A stretch of 64,000 bases of DNA from an uncultured Eubacterium sp. (lineage in GTDB: Bacteria > Bacillota > Clostridia > Oscillospirales > Acutalibacteraceae). Where the stretch lies: NCBI RefSeq assembly GCF_900542875.1, contig NZ_UQPH01000002.1. One strand, 5' to 3'. Within the stretch, counting starts at the first letter, position 1; every line of letters starts with the position of its first letter. The position numbers and the translations under genes are program-made. Below the pieces are notes generated by a model. The model saw nothing but the letters and a program-made list of their open reading frames with translations, did no database searches and was not told the origin of the DNA. Below, one piece after another: positions 20,049-29,384 of the stretch.

Positions 20049-20135
20049 ACCGTCACGCCTTTCCGATTTTAATATCTACATTAATTCATTTTAAGTGTAA
20101 TGTTTTTAATATAAAATGTCAAGTCACTTGAAATT

Positions 20136-20164
20136 AGTTTACACTTATTCTATAATAAAGAAAA
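20136..20164 (+). promoter_or_regulatory. Sigma-A promoter of galM (TTGAAA, 17-nt spacer, TATAAT)
   Basis: Sequence ttgaaattagtttacacttattctataat ~27 nt upstream of RBS GAGGG and ATG 20191. Confidence 0.55.
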
Positions 20165-20190
20165 ACATAATTGATATGCGAGGGCTTATT

Positions 20191-21246
20191 ATGGTAGAAA
20201 AATCATATTTCGGCGCACTTGATGACGGAACCGAAATCGACCTTTATAAAATCACAAATAAAAGCGGAGCGTATGTAAAACTGCAAACTCTCGGGGCAGG
20301 CATACAGTCGCTTTATGTGCCTGACAAAAACGGTGTTTTGTCGGATGTTGTGCTCGGTTTTGACAATCCGCAGGATTATACAGACCCCGACCACGGTTAT
20401 CAGGGACTTGTTGTCGGCAGATGGGCAAACAGAATCCGTGATGCAAAATTTACTTTTAACGGCGAGGAATATCACACCCCGATAAATCAGGGCAGATGGA
20501 CTCTTCACAGCGGAGGACGCTTCAGTTTTACTCCGTGGGAGGTTGAAGAAACAGGTGACGATTATGTTGTGTTTAAGCGTTTTTCTCCCGATTTGGAGGA
20601 CGGCTTCGGCGGTAATTTCACTATGAGAGTCAAGTATACCTTTACAGAGGATAATACATTGAGGCTCGAATATATGATTATGTCCGACAAGGACACCGTT
20701 GCCAATCCGACCAATCATTCGTATTTTAACCTCAGCGGAAATGATGACGAAATTATTGACAGTCATTATCTTATGATTAATGCAGATTACTTTACCGAGA
20801 CGGACGATGACCAACTTCCGACCGGCGAACTCGGCGAGCTTAAAGGCACTATGATGGACTTTTCGACAATGCATAAAATCGGCGAGCACATCAACGAACC
20901 GTTCAGAGCGGTTATCGACGGTATCGGATATGATAACAATTACTGCCTGCGTAAAAAGGATTTTACCATGCAGCAGGCGGCTGTTCTTGAGCACAGGGGC
21001 AGCGGCAGAAGACTTGAAGTTTATACCGATTTGCCGGGCATTCAACTTTACTGCGGCGGTTGGCTCGATAAGAATTACACCGCAGGCAAGGGCACTAATG
21101 TCGTTAAATACCGCAGGGGTGCGGCGCTTGAAACTCAGTTTTATCCCGATACGGTAAATCACCAAGATGTTTTCCCCGCAAGATTTGTAAAAGCAAACGA
21201 AGAATTTAAGACCGTAACGGAGTTCAGATTTTCCGTTATTGACTGA
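20191..21246 (+). CDS. galM: Aldose 1-epimerase (galactose mutarotase)
   Basis: Aldose-epimerase family similarity throughout (GFDNPQDY, HSGG, catalytic His/Glu context). The start was moved to ATG 20191 because the promoter lies inside the longer track ORF. Confidence 0.8.
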   Translation: MVEKSYFGALDDGTEIDLYKITNKSGAYVKLQTLGAGIQSLYVPDKNGVLSDVVLGFDNPQDYTDPDHGYQGLVVGRWANRIRDAKFTFNGEEYHTPINQGRWTLHSGGRFSFTPWEVEETGDDYVVFKRFSPDLEDGFGGNFTMRVKYTFTEDNTLRLEYMIMSDKDTVANPTNHSYFNLSGNDDEIIDSHYLMINADYFTETDDDQLPTGELGELKGTMMDFSTMHKIGEHINEPFRAVIDGIGYDNNYCLRKKDFTMQQAAVLEHRGSGRRLEVYTDLPGIQLYCGGWLDKNYTAGKGTNVVKYRRGAALETQFYPDTVNHQDVFPARFVKANEEFKTVTEFRFSVID

Positions 21247-21338
21247 GATTTAATTCGGTAACAAAAATACATCTTCTTCATAGTATGGATTGAAGTACAC
21301 CGATGGGTGGCTTACAATATTATGAAGGAGATTTTTTT

Positions 21339-22142
21339 ATGGCTGATAATCCTATTATCCAACCGGGCGTCGGCAAAATAAATGAAGCGGTTTGTATTGA
21401 CACAAAGCGAATTTATGACAGTTGCGTCAGCAAGGACTGCTTGGAAAATTTAAGAGTTACATTTTTTGCCTCCAGTCAGAGATTAATAGACGAGGCTTCG
21501 TCGGTTAAATGCAGAAGTTGCAAGATAAGCGCAGTCAGCATAGATGTTGATGAGGTACCGTTTAACAAAGGCTTTTACAGTGCCGATGTGCATTTCTACT
21601 TTATGCTTCAGTTTGACTGTTATTCGACACCGTGTACCACTCCGCAAATTGCCTGTGGATATACCGATTTTAATAAAAAGTGTATCCTCTACGGCTCAGA
21701 GGGTAATGTGAAAATTTTTACATCAAATCTTTCGGACAAAAAGACCGATTGTCCCGAAGCACCTCAGTATTCCAATCCAACCGCTAAAGTTCAGGCAGTT
21801 GACCCTGTTGTGCTTTCGTGCGATTTGGTCGATACCTGCGATTGCCCCGTTCCGCTTTGCACTGTATTTCCGCAGAGCATAATTCAAGGTTCGCAAGAGG
21901 GTGCGATTCCGCTTGCCTCCAGTCGTGCGGTTCTCGTTACTCTCGGACTCTTCTCAATTATTCAGATGGAGAGAGATGTCCAGATGACCATACCTGCATA
22001 TGATTTCTGCATTCCGGACAGAGAATGCTCATGCTCGACTCAGGATCCGTGTACCGCATTCCAGAGTATAGAGTTCCCGGTAGAACAGTTTTTCCCTCCC
22101 GAGAGAGAAAATTGCGATTGTCCGTGTAACCCAAACGCATAA
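21339..22142 (+). CDS. Cysteine-rich hypothetical protein (~11% Cys, no signal peptide, no TM helix)
   Basis: RBS GAAGGAG 8 nt before ATG 21339. About 30 Cys in 267 aa, arranged in CxxC/CxC/CxxxxC clusters. I do not recognise a family. Confidence 0.5.
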   Translation: MADNPIIQPGVGKINEAVCIDTKRIYDSCVSKDCLENLRVTFFASSQRLIDEASSVKCRSCKISAVSIDVDEVPFNKGFYSADVHFYFMLQFDCYSTPCTTPQIACGYTDFNKKCILYGSEGNVKIFTSNLSDKKTDCPEAPQYSNPTAKVQAVDPVVLSCDLVDTCDCPVPLCTVFPQSIIQGSQEGAIPLASSRAVLVTLGLFSIIQMERDVQMTIPAYDFCIPDRECSCSTQDPCTAFQSIEFPVEQFFPPERENCDCPCNPNA

Positions 22143-22149
22143 TTTTTCT

Positions 22150-22186
22150 GCCACTCCGTTTTGGATAACGGGGTGGCTTTTATTTT
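22150..22186 (+). terminator. Intrinsic terminator after the Cys-rich protein gene
   Basis: Stem gccactccg/cggggtggc followed by ttttatttt. Confidence 0.65.
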
Positions 22187-22195
22187 ACCGTAAAA

Positions 22196-22272
22196 TAAAA
22201 AGGCCTCCGAAGGGAATGCCTTTGAATGAGAAATAGTTATCTCTTTGAGAACCGCAGGAGCAAAGAGATATG
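22196..22272. repeat. Diverged copy (module A) of the rpsI terminator plus rpsI 3'-end module
   Basis: aaaaaggcctccgaagggaatgcctt...ttatctctt...gaac...gca aligns with 24222-24295 (aaaaaggcactccataaggaatgcctt...ttatctcttgctgaactgtggtgca). It is embedded in a larger imperfect hairpin 22221-22286. Confidence 0.5.
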
Positions 22273-22365
22273 TTACTCATTCAAATCATAACCACCAGTT
22301 CAACTGGCGGTTATGATTTATATTTAGAATTTAAGTATTATATCATTTGTCGGTAAATTGATGTA

Positions 22366-23778
22366 TTATAGTTTGCTGTTTTCAATAGTTGATTTGAGCT
22401 TTATTCCGTTACTGTCGATTGACCAACTATCGCCTAAATTAATAACAGAAGAATCAGCTAATTGATTTTCTTCAATAGAATAAACATTAGGAAATGCAGC
22501 CTTTACCCCGACGCAATTAACTCCGTTATTCAAATAGTAACAATTTTGCGGCTCAGGAGCATTCGAGAAGAAGTCGCATATAATTGCTCCGCTTTGATTT
22601 GTCCCGGTTATGCTGCCTGTGTTTATGCAGTTGTAAAGCGGTGCCAAATAACGACCTCCGCCTTGAATACCTCCAGCTTTGACGCCTGAAATTGAAGCGA
22701 AATTTCCGCAATCACTTAAATCATAATCTTTTACGGTATATCCTATAATGCCTCCTGTATATTCACAATTATCGGATATAATTGAACCATAATTAGCACA
22801 AGAATTTATGGATGCCGGATAACCATTTCTATAAGGTCCCGTTTGTCCAATTATACCGCCGCAGATAAAAAATTTTCCATAGCCGGCGTCATTATCTTCA
22901 TTGTCTTTTGCAATAGGACAATCTACATTTATTTGACCATAGTTGTCGCAAGAACTGATATTACCGTAGCCACATCCGAGTATTCCGCCAATTATTGAAC
23001 CATCATTGTATGCTACTTCACTTTTAACATAAATATCACCTTTATTTACTGTGTTAAATAAATCAAAAGCCGGAAAGTATTCATTAGACGAACTTTGTTG
23101 GTAAACACCCCCTATGACTCCACCTACACTATCACAGCCTTTTTCATCATAATAGATTTTTGCTTCATTTACAATATTAGACATTGTGACAGTGGCAGTT
23201 TTACATCCGGGTTCAACGACGCCTGCAATAGTACCAAATTCCGTTCCGCAGGTATGATGTATTTCGCCTTTGATTTTGATATTTGTTATTTTAGATAAAG
23301 CGCTTTCGGAATAGCTTGTTGTTATACAATTTGCCAAAACACCAACACCGTTTGTCCAAGTTCCGTCATCTCTCACATATGTTGTTTTGCTTATGTTAGC
23401 AGAAATAGTTATGTTGGATATTACGGCGTTTGTTGTTGTATCAAAAAAGCCGTTTTCAAAATGGTAGTTTTGAATTTCGTAATTGTTACCGTCAAATGTT
23501 CCTTGAAAATTTATTCCGTCCCAATCATCAATATTGCTCATATCAATATCATTCATAAGTATATATTGACCTGTACTTGAATTTCTTAGATAATCAAAAT
23601 CTTCTACGGTATATATGCCTATGTAACCCTCAGGAACGGTTTCATTGTGTAAAGTGGTTTCCTCTGTTATATTGTTATCTACATTATCTTGAATCGGTTC
23701 ACTTATATCTCCGGTGCATCCGGAAAAAGCAACGATAACAAATAATAATGATAAAAACAAATAAAAGTTTTTCTTCAT
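22366..23778 (-). CDS. GLUG-repeat lipoprotein (IgA-protease/ZmpB-type GLUG motif repeats)
   Basis: Lipobox AFSGC after the signal peptide. At least 7 Gly-rich repeats of type GG(I/V)IG spaced ~20-30 aa apart (GTIAGV, VGGVIGGV, IGGILGCG, CGGIIGQT, TGGIIGYT, AGGIQGGG, TGSITGT). Confidence 0.6.
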   Translation of the reverse strand: MKKNFYLFLSLLFVIVAFSGCTGDISEPIQDNVDNNITEETTLHNETVPEGYIGIYTVEDFDYLRNSSTGQYILMNDIDMSNIDDWDGINFQGTFDGNNYEIQNYHFENGFFDTTTNAVISNITISANISKTTYVRDDGTWTNGVGVLANCITTSYSESALSKITNIKIKGEIHHTCGTEFGTIAGVVEPGCKTATVTMSNIVNEAKIYYDEKGCDSVGGVIGGVYQQSSSNEYFPAFDLFNTVNKGDIYVKSEVAYNDGSIIGGILGCGYGNISSCDNYGQINVDCPIAKDNEDNDAGYGKFFICGGIIGQTGPYRNGYPASINSCANYGSIISDNCEYTGGIIGYTVKDYDLSDCGNFASISGVKAGGIQGGGRYLAPLYNCINTGSITGTNQSGAIICDFFSNAPEPQNCYYLNNGVNCVGVKAAFPNVYSIEENQLADSSVINLGDSWSIDSNGIKLKSTIENSKL

Positions 23779-23804
23779 TTATAATCACTCTTGAGGTGAT
23801 GGAT

Positions 23805-24017
23805 ATGTATAACCGTATTCGTGATTTACGGGAAGACCAAGACTTAAATCAAACTCAGGTAGCAAAAATGCTTGGACTGTCTCAAACTGGATATTCAAAA
23901 TATGAGACGGGTGAAAATGATATTCCGACAATTATTCTTATAAAGCTCGCAGATTTTTATGAGGTTTCTGTCGATTACCTTCTTAATCGAACCGACAATA
24001 AAAGAATGAACAAATAA
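23805..24017 (+). CDS. XRE-family helix-turn-helix transcriptional regulator (70 aa), divergent from the GLUG lipoprotein gene
   Basis: MYNRIRDLREDQDLNQTQVAKMLGLSQTGYSKYETGENDIPTIILIKLADFYEVSVDYLLNRTD is a canonical Cro/C1-type HTH. RBS GAGG lies 7 nt before ATG 23805. Confidence 0.8.
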   Translation: MYNRIRDLREDQDLNQTQVAKMLGLSQTGYSKYETGENDIPTIILIKLADFYEVSVDYLLNRTDNKRMNK

Positions 24018-24049
24018 TTAAGTTATCAGCTTTTGCTGTAATATAAAAA

Positions 24050-24078
24050 AACAACGCTTCCGTAATGAAAGCGTTGTT
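24050..24078 (+). terminator. Hairpin terminator downstream of the XRE gene
   Basis: Perfect 10-bp stem aacaacgctt/aagcgttgtt preceded by an A-run. Confidence 0.5.
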
Positions 24079-24094
24079 GAATGAAATAATGTAA

Positions 24095-24157
24095 TTATCT
24101 CTTGCTGAACTGTGGTGCACGACGGACTTCGTTGCTTCGCAACAGTCCGTGATTTTA
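24095..24157. repeat. Exact 30-nt duplicate (module B) of the rpsI 3' coding end, followed by a hairpin and U-run
   Basis: ttatctcttgctgaactgtggtgcacgacg at 24095-24124 is identical to 24266-24295, which encodes the C-terminus ...RRAPQFSKR* of rpsI on the minus strand. Hairpin acggac...gtccgt 24122-24150 and gattttat follow. Confidence 0.8.
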
Positions 24158-24221
24158 TATTATCCGTTCGCTCTGCTTTGCAAACCGCTCACGATGATAT
24201 AGTGCTGCTCGTCGTGCAAAA

Positions 24222-24256
24222 GAAAAAGGCACTCCATAAGGAATGCCTTGTATAGA
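24222..24256 (-). terminator. Intrinsic terminator of rpsI (part of module C)
   Basis: On the minus strand: aaggcattccttatggagtgcctt followed by tttttctttt. Additionally 24202-24218 (gtgctgctcgtcgtgca) is the reverse complement of the rpsI 3' end at 24284-24300. Confidence 0.7.
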
Positions 24257-24265
24257 TAATACTGA

Positions 24266-24664
24266 TTATCTCTTGCTGAACTGTGGTGCACGACGAGCAG
24301 CCTTGAGACCGTACTTCTTTCTTTCCTTCATACGAGGGTCACGAGTAAGGAATCCTGCCTTCTTGAGTGCCGGGCGAAGGTTTTCGTCATACTGGAGAAG
24401 TGCTCTTGAAAGGCCGTGACGGATAGCGCCTGCCTGACCAGATACACCGCCGCCGTTTACGCGACATACGATGTCGAACTTCTCTGTTGTTTCTGTAAGA
24501 GTGAGCGGCTGACGAACAACGAGCTTTAAGGTCTCAAGACCAAAGTAATCGTCGATGTCTCTGCCGTTGATGATGATTTTGCCTGTGCCGGCATAAACAC
24601 GAACACGAGCAACAGACTCTTTACGTCTGCCTGTTCCGTAGAAATAAGGATTTGATTCGTACAT
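24266..24664 (-). CDS. rpsI: 30S ribosomal protein S9
   Basis: Canonical S9 sequence ([22 protein letters not shown]-terminal [14 protein letters not shown]). Confidence 0.95.
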   Translation of the reverse strand: MYESNPYFYGTGRRKESVARVRVYAGTGKIIINGRDIDDYFGLETLKLVVRQPLTLTETTEKFDIVCRVNGGGVSGQAGAIRHGLSRALLQYDENLRPALKKAGFLTRDPRMKERKKYGLKAARRAPQFSKR

Positions 24665-24678
24665 ATTAAATTACCTCC

Positions 24679-25107
24679 TTATGCTTCGTAAGCAACAGGC
24701 TTTTGAGCCTCGTGCTTGTGGTCTGCGTTCTTATAAATCTTACATCTGGTGAGTTGCTTTCTGCCGAGAGTTGTGTCGGGAATCATACCCTTTACAGCAA
24801 GCTCCATAGCAAAGTCGCTCTTTTCCTTCATAAGAGTGCCGTACTTAATTTCCTTAAGGTTTCCGATGTAACCGCTGTGATGCTGATAGAGCTTCTTGTT
24901 GAGTTTATCGCCTGTAAGTACAGCCTTGTCTGTGTTAATGATGATAACGAAATCGCCGCAATCTACATTTGGCATAAAGATTGGCTTATGCTTACCTCTG
25001 AGAAGTGCAGCAGCCTGAGCAGCAACACGGCCGAGCGGCTTGTCTGCTGCATCAATAATATACCATGAACGCTCGATGTCGTCTGCTTTTGGCATAAATG
25101 TTGACAT
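24679..25107 (-). CDS. rplM: 50S ribosomal protein L13
   Basis: Canonical L13 sequence (KPLGRVAAQAAALLRGKHKPIF.P..D.GD.VIIIN). A sigma-A promoter (TTGACT, 17 nt, TATTAT) lies upstream on the minus strand at ~25150-25185. Confidence 0.95.
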   Translation of the reverse strand: MSTFMPKADDIERSWYIIDAADKPLGRVAAQAAALLRGKHKPIFMPNVDCGDFVIIINTDKAVLTGDKLNKKLYQHHSGYIGNLKEIKYGTLMKEKSDFAMELAVKGMIPDTTLGRKQLTRCKIYKNADHKHEAQKPVAYEA

Positions 25108-25342
25108 AGTCTTTTCCTCCGAATAATTTATTTTTATTGCTTTGGTATAATATCATAAGAAATAAAAATAGTCAACACTTAATTTCAAATAATTTGTACT
25201 TGCTCGTGTTTTCTCGTTTTATCTCATTTAATCATATAAAAATCTGATTTATTATTTATGAATAAAATTATTTCCGATACATTTATATATGCGTGAAAAA
25301 CTACATTTGAAAAAGTTTTTTGAAAAAATACTAGAAAACCTA

Positions 25343-25377
25343 TTGACATACTAGGCATTGTGTGATATTATGATGAC
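25343..25377 (+). promoter_or_regulatory. Sigma-A promoter of cysK (TTGACA, 17-nt spacer, TATTAT)
   Basis: Sequence ttgacatactaggcattgtgtgatattat, leaving a ~90-nt 5'UTR before the RBS. Confidence 0.5.
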
Positions 25378-25468
25378 AACGAAAGCAGACGACAGTAGAT
25401 TATCGCTTACGACAACGGTAAATGATCGCCTACTTAACATATTAATAATTTGAAAGAGGTAACTAATT

Positions 25469-26398
25469 ATGGCACTTTATCAGTCAGTAGCCGACACAAT
25501 CGGCAACACTCCGTTGGTAAGAATTAAAAATTTTGAAAAGGCAAATGACCTTGAGGCTAATGTTTATGCAAAGCTTGAGTATTTCAATCCGGCAGGTTCC
25601 GTTAAAGACAGAATCGCAAAGGCCATCATAGATGACGCAGTTGCAACAGGTAAACTCAAAGAGGGCGCAACCATTATTGAGCCGACTTCGGGCAATACCG
25701 GTATAGGCATTTCATCATATGCCGCTGCAAAAGGCTTTAAAGTAATAATTACAATGCCCGAGTCGATGAGCGTAGAACGCAGAAATCTTATGAAAGCATA
25801 CGGCGCAGAACTTGTACTTACAGACGCTTCTCAGGGCATGAAAGGCGCTATCGCAAAGGCAAAGGAACTCCACGAGCAGACCCCGAATTCAATCATCGCA
25901 GGTCAGTTTGAAAATCCCGTAAACCCAAAGGCACACTATGAGACCACAGGCCCCGAGATTTACAGAGACCTTGACGGCAAGGTAGATATTTTCATCGCAG
26001 GTGTAGGCACGGGCGGAACAGTATCGGGCGTCGGCAAGTATCTTAAGGAGCAAAATCCCGATGTTCAGATTATCGCTCTTGAACCCGAAACTTCTCCCGT
26101 TTTGACAACAGGCAAGGGCGGCGCACATAAGATTCAGGGTATCGGCGCAGGCTTTGTACCGGATACTCTTGATACGAAGGTATATAACGAAGTTATCACA
26201 GTTCCTAACGAGGCTGCATTTGAATTCGGCTCGGCATTTCCGGGACAGGAGGGTGCTCTCGTAGGTATCAGTTCGGGAGCTGCTCTTTGGGCTGCCGCAC
26301 AGGTAGCAAAGAGACCCGAGAATAAGGGCAAGAACATTGTTGTTCTTCTTCCCGACAGCGGTGACAGATATCTCTCTACTCCGATGCTTGCAAAATAA
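25469..26398 (+). CDS. cysK: Cysteine synthase A (O-acetylserine sulfhydrylase)
   Basis: PLP-enzyme motifs of CysK (IGNTPLVR, NPAGSVKDRIA, EPTSGNTGIGI, GTGGT). Confidence 0.9.
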   Translation: MALYQSVADTIGNTPLVRIKNFEKANDLEANVYAKLEYFNPAGSVKDRIAKAIIDDAVATGKLKEGATIIEPTSGNTGIGISSYAAAKGFKVIITMPESMSVERRNLMKAYGAELVLTDASQGMKGAIAKAKELHEQTPNSIIAGQFENPVNPKAHYETTGPEIYRDLDGKVDIFIAGVGTGGTVSGVGKYLKEQNPDVQIIALEPETSPVLTTGKGGAHKIQGIGAGFVPDTLDTKVYNEVITVPNEAAFEFGSAFPGQEGALVGISSGAALWAAAQVAKRPENKGKNIVVLLPDSGDRYLSTPMLAK

Positions 26399-26431
26399 TA
26401 AGCATAAACTGAAATAATATACATAATTGAG

Positions 26432-26476
26432 CCGTTTTGTCACTTTTGACAGAGCGGCTTTTTTGTCGAAAAATTG
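26432..26476 (+). terminator. Intrinsic terminator after cysK
   Basis: 12-bp stem with 2 G-U pairs (gccgttttgtca/tgacagagcggc) followed by ttttttg. Confidence 0.6.
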
Positions 26477-26588
26477 TTGATATATTGCACTCGGATTATA
26501 AATTTATTGCAATGTGATTAAATCCGTTATATAATACATAGTTGTTGTGAATAATCAATATATATTGTTTTATATAAAGAGGTAAAAT

Positions 26589-27848
26589 ATGTCAAAGAAT
26601 ATGATTATCGGTCAGTCCGGCGGACCGACGGCGGTTATTAATGCCAGCCTTGCGGGAGCAATAGAGTATGCGTTTAATCATACGGATATTGAAACCGTTT
26701 ACGGAATGGTGCACGGAGTTCAGGGACTGCTTGAGGATAATATTATCAATCTTACCGAGCATTTCGGCAACAGACCGTCGAGGCTTAACAGATTGCGTAT
26801 GACTCCCGCAATGTTTCTCGGTTCATGCAGATTTAAGTTGTCGAATGATGAGGAGCAGTACGAGAAAATTATCAGTGCTCTGAAGAAGTATAATATCGGC
26901 TATTTCTTTTATATCGGCGGAAACGACTCCATGGATACCGTGGAGAAACTTTCAAGATATATTGCAGAAAATAATATAGATATTAAAGTAATGGGTATTC
27001 CAAAGACAATAGATAACGACCTTATGGGAATCGACCATTCTCCCGGATTTGCCAGTGCGGCAAAATATGTTGCCCTTGCGGTAAGAAATGTAACTTATGA
27101 CACGGCTATTTACAGCATTAAATCTGTGCATATTATTGAGGCTATGGGCAGAGACGCAGGTTGGCTCGCCGCTTCGAGCGTGCTTGCACGAGACAGCAAG
27201 AATGTCGCTCCGCACCTTATCTATGTTCCCGAGGTTGCTTTTTCGGTAGACAAATTTGTCAGTGATGTTAAGGCAAAACTTGAGGAATATAACTCGGTAA
27301 TCGTTGTTGTAAGCGAGGGCATACGAGACGAAAACGGTGAGTATATTTCCGCAAGAAGCGACAAACTTGATAAGTTCGGTCACGCAATGCTCAGCGGAAC
27401 GGGTGCTTACCTTAAGGAAGTGGTAGAGGAGCAAATCGGCTGTAAAGTAAGGTCGCTCGAACTCTCCGTTCTTCAAAGAAGTGCAGGCCATACGGCTTCT
27501 CTTACCGATATTACCGAGGCTGAAAATCTCGGTATGGTTGCCGTAAAGGCGGCAGTTGCGGGAAAGAGCGGCGAATTTTCCACTCTCAGGAGAATTTCCA
27601 ATAATCCGTACTCGGTTGAATATTACACGGAGAGGGTAGGAGTTGTCGCAAATGCGGAAAAAACGATTCCTCGCAATTGGCTTAACGCAGACGGAAATGA
27701 TGTAACGCCGGAAATGGTTGAGTATCTCAAGCCGCTCGTAAGAGGAGTTCCGCAGATTCCGTATCGCAACGGTTTGCCCGATTATGTAAATGTTTCTTAT
27801 CTTGATAAAAAGAAGCAAAGGTACAACGATAATAAGGAAGAAAAGTGA
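26589..27848 (+). CDS. 6-phosphofructokinase (PFK family; length suggests the PPi-dependent or group-III type)
   Basis: GGPTAVINAS, GGNDS and PKTIDNDL motifs of the PFK family. 419 aa. Confidence 0.8.
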   Translation: MSKNMIIGQSGGPTAVINASLAGAIEYAFNHTDIETVYGMVHGVQGLLEDNIINLTEHFGNRPSRLNRLRMTPAMFLGSCRFKLSNDEEQYEKIISALKKYNIGYFFYIGGNDSMDTVEKLSRYIAENNIDIKVMGIPKTIDNDLMGIDHSPGFASAAKYVALAVRNVTYDTAIYSIKSVHIIEAMGRDAGWLAASSVLARDSKNVAPHLIYVPEVAFSVDKFVSDVKAKLEEYNSVIVVVSEGIRDENGEYISARSDKLDKFGHAMLSGTGAYLKEVVEEQIGCKVRSLELSVLQRSAGHTASLTDITEAENLGMVAVKAAVAGKSGEFSTLRRISNNPYSVEYYTERVGVVANAEKTIPRNWLNADGNDVTPEMVEYLKPLVRGVPQIPYRNGLPDYVNVSYLDKKKQRYNDNKEEK

Positions 27849-28528
27849 TGGCATATAAATTAAGAAAAGACCCTATTAATGAAATACCGAAGGCTCAATT
27901 CATATTTTGGATAATAGTCAGAATAAGTATGATTATATGCGCCGTATACAGTTTTGTAACGGGCGATGTCGTTATGGGATTTGAAAGCATATTCTGTTTT
28001 ATATTTTCTCATTTGTGGGATATGTTTCAGGTGTTCGGTCATACGAGTTTTATTATTGAGGTTCCGCCGCTTAGCCAGACTATGCTTAATGTGATTATTT
28101 TCGTAGGTATAGTGCTCGGTTCATATATGGGACTTTTTGATAAAATAAGTTGGTTTGATAATTTTATGCATATTCTGTCGGGCTTTGTGTGTGCTGTTTT
28201 CGGATATGATTTTGCTTGCATTATCCAGCGAAAAAAAGGGCAATGTGCCGCAACTCTTGCGGCATTGTTCAGCATAATGTTTGCACTGTCGATTGCCGTG
28301 GGTTGGGAATTTTATGAATTTCTTATGGATTCTTTACATGGCACAAATCTTCAACTTTCAAAATACGGAAACGAAACCGCAATGATTGACATTTCAAAAT
28401 ATCACAATGAATACGGCTATCTCGGTTTGGTTGATACCATGACCGATATGATGATGAATGCCGTCGGCGGTCTTGTGGGCATGATATTTATGATTGTGCT
28501 CAGAAACAGAAAAAAGAAGCCGAAATAA
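27845..28528 (+). CDS. Hypothetical polytopic membrane protein
   Basis: ORF with ~6 predicted TM helices. Start overlaps the pfk stop (ATGATGG). I recognise no family. Confidence 0.45.
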   Translation: MMAYKLRKDPINEIPKAQFIFWIIVRISMIICAVYSFVTGDVVMGFESIFCFIFSHLWDMFQVFGHTSFIIEVPPLSQTMLNVIIFVGIVLGSYMGLFDKISWFDNFMHILSGFVCAVFGYDFACIIQRKKGQCAATLAALFSIMFALSIAVGWEFYEFLMDSLHGTNLQLSKYGNETAMIDISKYHNEYGYLGLVDTMTDMMMNAVGGLVGMIFMIVLRNRKKKPK

Positions 28529-28529
28529 T

Positions 28530-29336
28530 ATGACCTCGACAGATAAAAAGAATTTACTTATCAATGAAATAAAAAAGTACAAAAGGGTTGCCGTTGCGTT
28601 TTCGGGCGGAGTTGACAGTACCTTTTTGCTTAAAATGTGCATAGATGCTTTGGGCAGTTCCAATGTCCTTGCACTTACGGCTGACTGCTCGGCTTTTCCG
28701 AAAAGGGAACTTGACGAAACACACAGACTTTGCACAGAAATGGGCGCAACGCATTTGAATATAAAAATTAATCAACTCCGAATTGACGGTTTTGTGAAAA
28801 ATACTCCGCTTCGCTGTTACTATTGCAAAAGGGAGTTGATGTCACGGCTGATTAAAGTTGCACAGCAAAGAGGTTTTAATACTGTTTTTGAGGGCAGTAA
28901 TGCCGATGACGATAACGACTATCGTCCCGGAACGAGGGCGGTTAAGGAATTGGGCGTGCTCAGTCCGCTGAAAAATGCCGAACTCACTAAATCCGAAATA
29001 AGACGGCTGTCAAAAGCTCTCGGACTTTCCACATATTCTAAGCCGTCGCTTGCCTGTCTCGCTACCCGTATAGAATATGATGAAGAAATAACGGCGCAGA
29101 AACTCAGAATGACGGACAGGGCGGAGCAGGTGCTGTGCGACCTCGGTTTGACTCAGGTCAGAGTAAGAATGAATGATAATTCAGCCAGGATAGAAGTTCC
29201 GTTCGATGAGATGAAAATTGTTTTTGATAACGCAAAATACATAAATGACGCTCTTAAAAAAATCGGCTATGACTTTGTTTCCCTTGATTTGGAGGGATAC
29301 AAAACAGGTAAGATGAATATTAATATCAATAATTGA
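28530..29336 (+). CDS. PP-loop ATP pyrophosphatase of the LarE/TIGR00268 family (ATP-dependent sulfur transferase-like)
   Basis: SGGVDS PP-loop near the N-terminus. Cys-containing motif CYYCK and C-terminal domain typical of LarE-like proteins. Confidence 0.6.
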   Translation: MTSTDKKNLLINEIKKYKRVAVAFSGGVDSTFLLKMCIDALGSSNVLALTADCSAFPKRELDETHRLCTEMGATHLNIKINQLRIDGFVKNTPLRCYYCKRELMSRLIKVAQQRGFNTVFEGSNADDDNDYRPGTRAVKELGVLSPLKNAELTKSEIRRLSKALGLSTYSKPSLACLATRIEYDEEITAQKLRMTDRAEQVLCDLGLTQVRVRMNDNSARIEVPFDEMKIVFDNAKYINDALKKIGYDFVSLDLEGYKTGKMNININN

Positions 29337-29384
29337 TAAAAAACAAAACGCAGAAGCATTCACTTCTGCGTTATTTTTGTCTTA

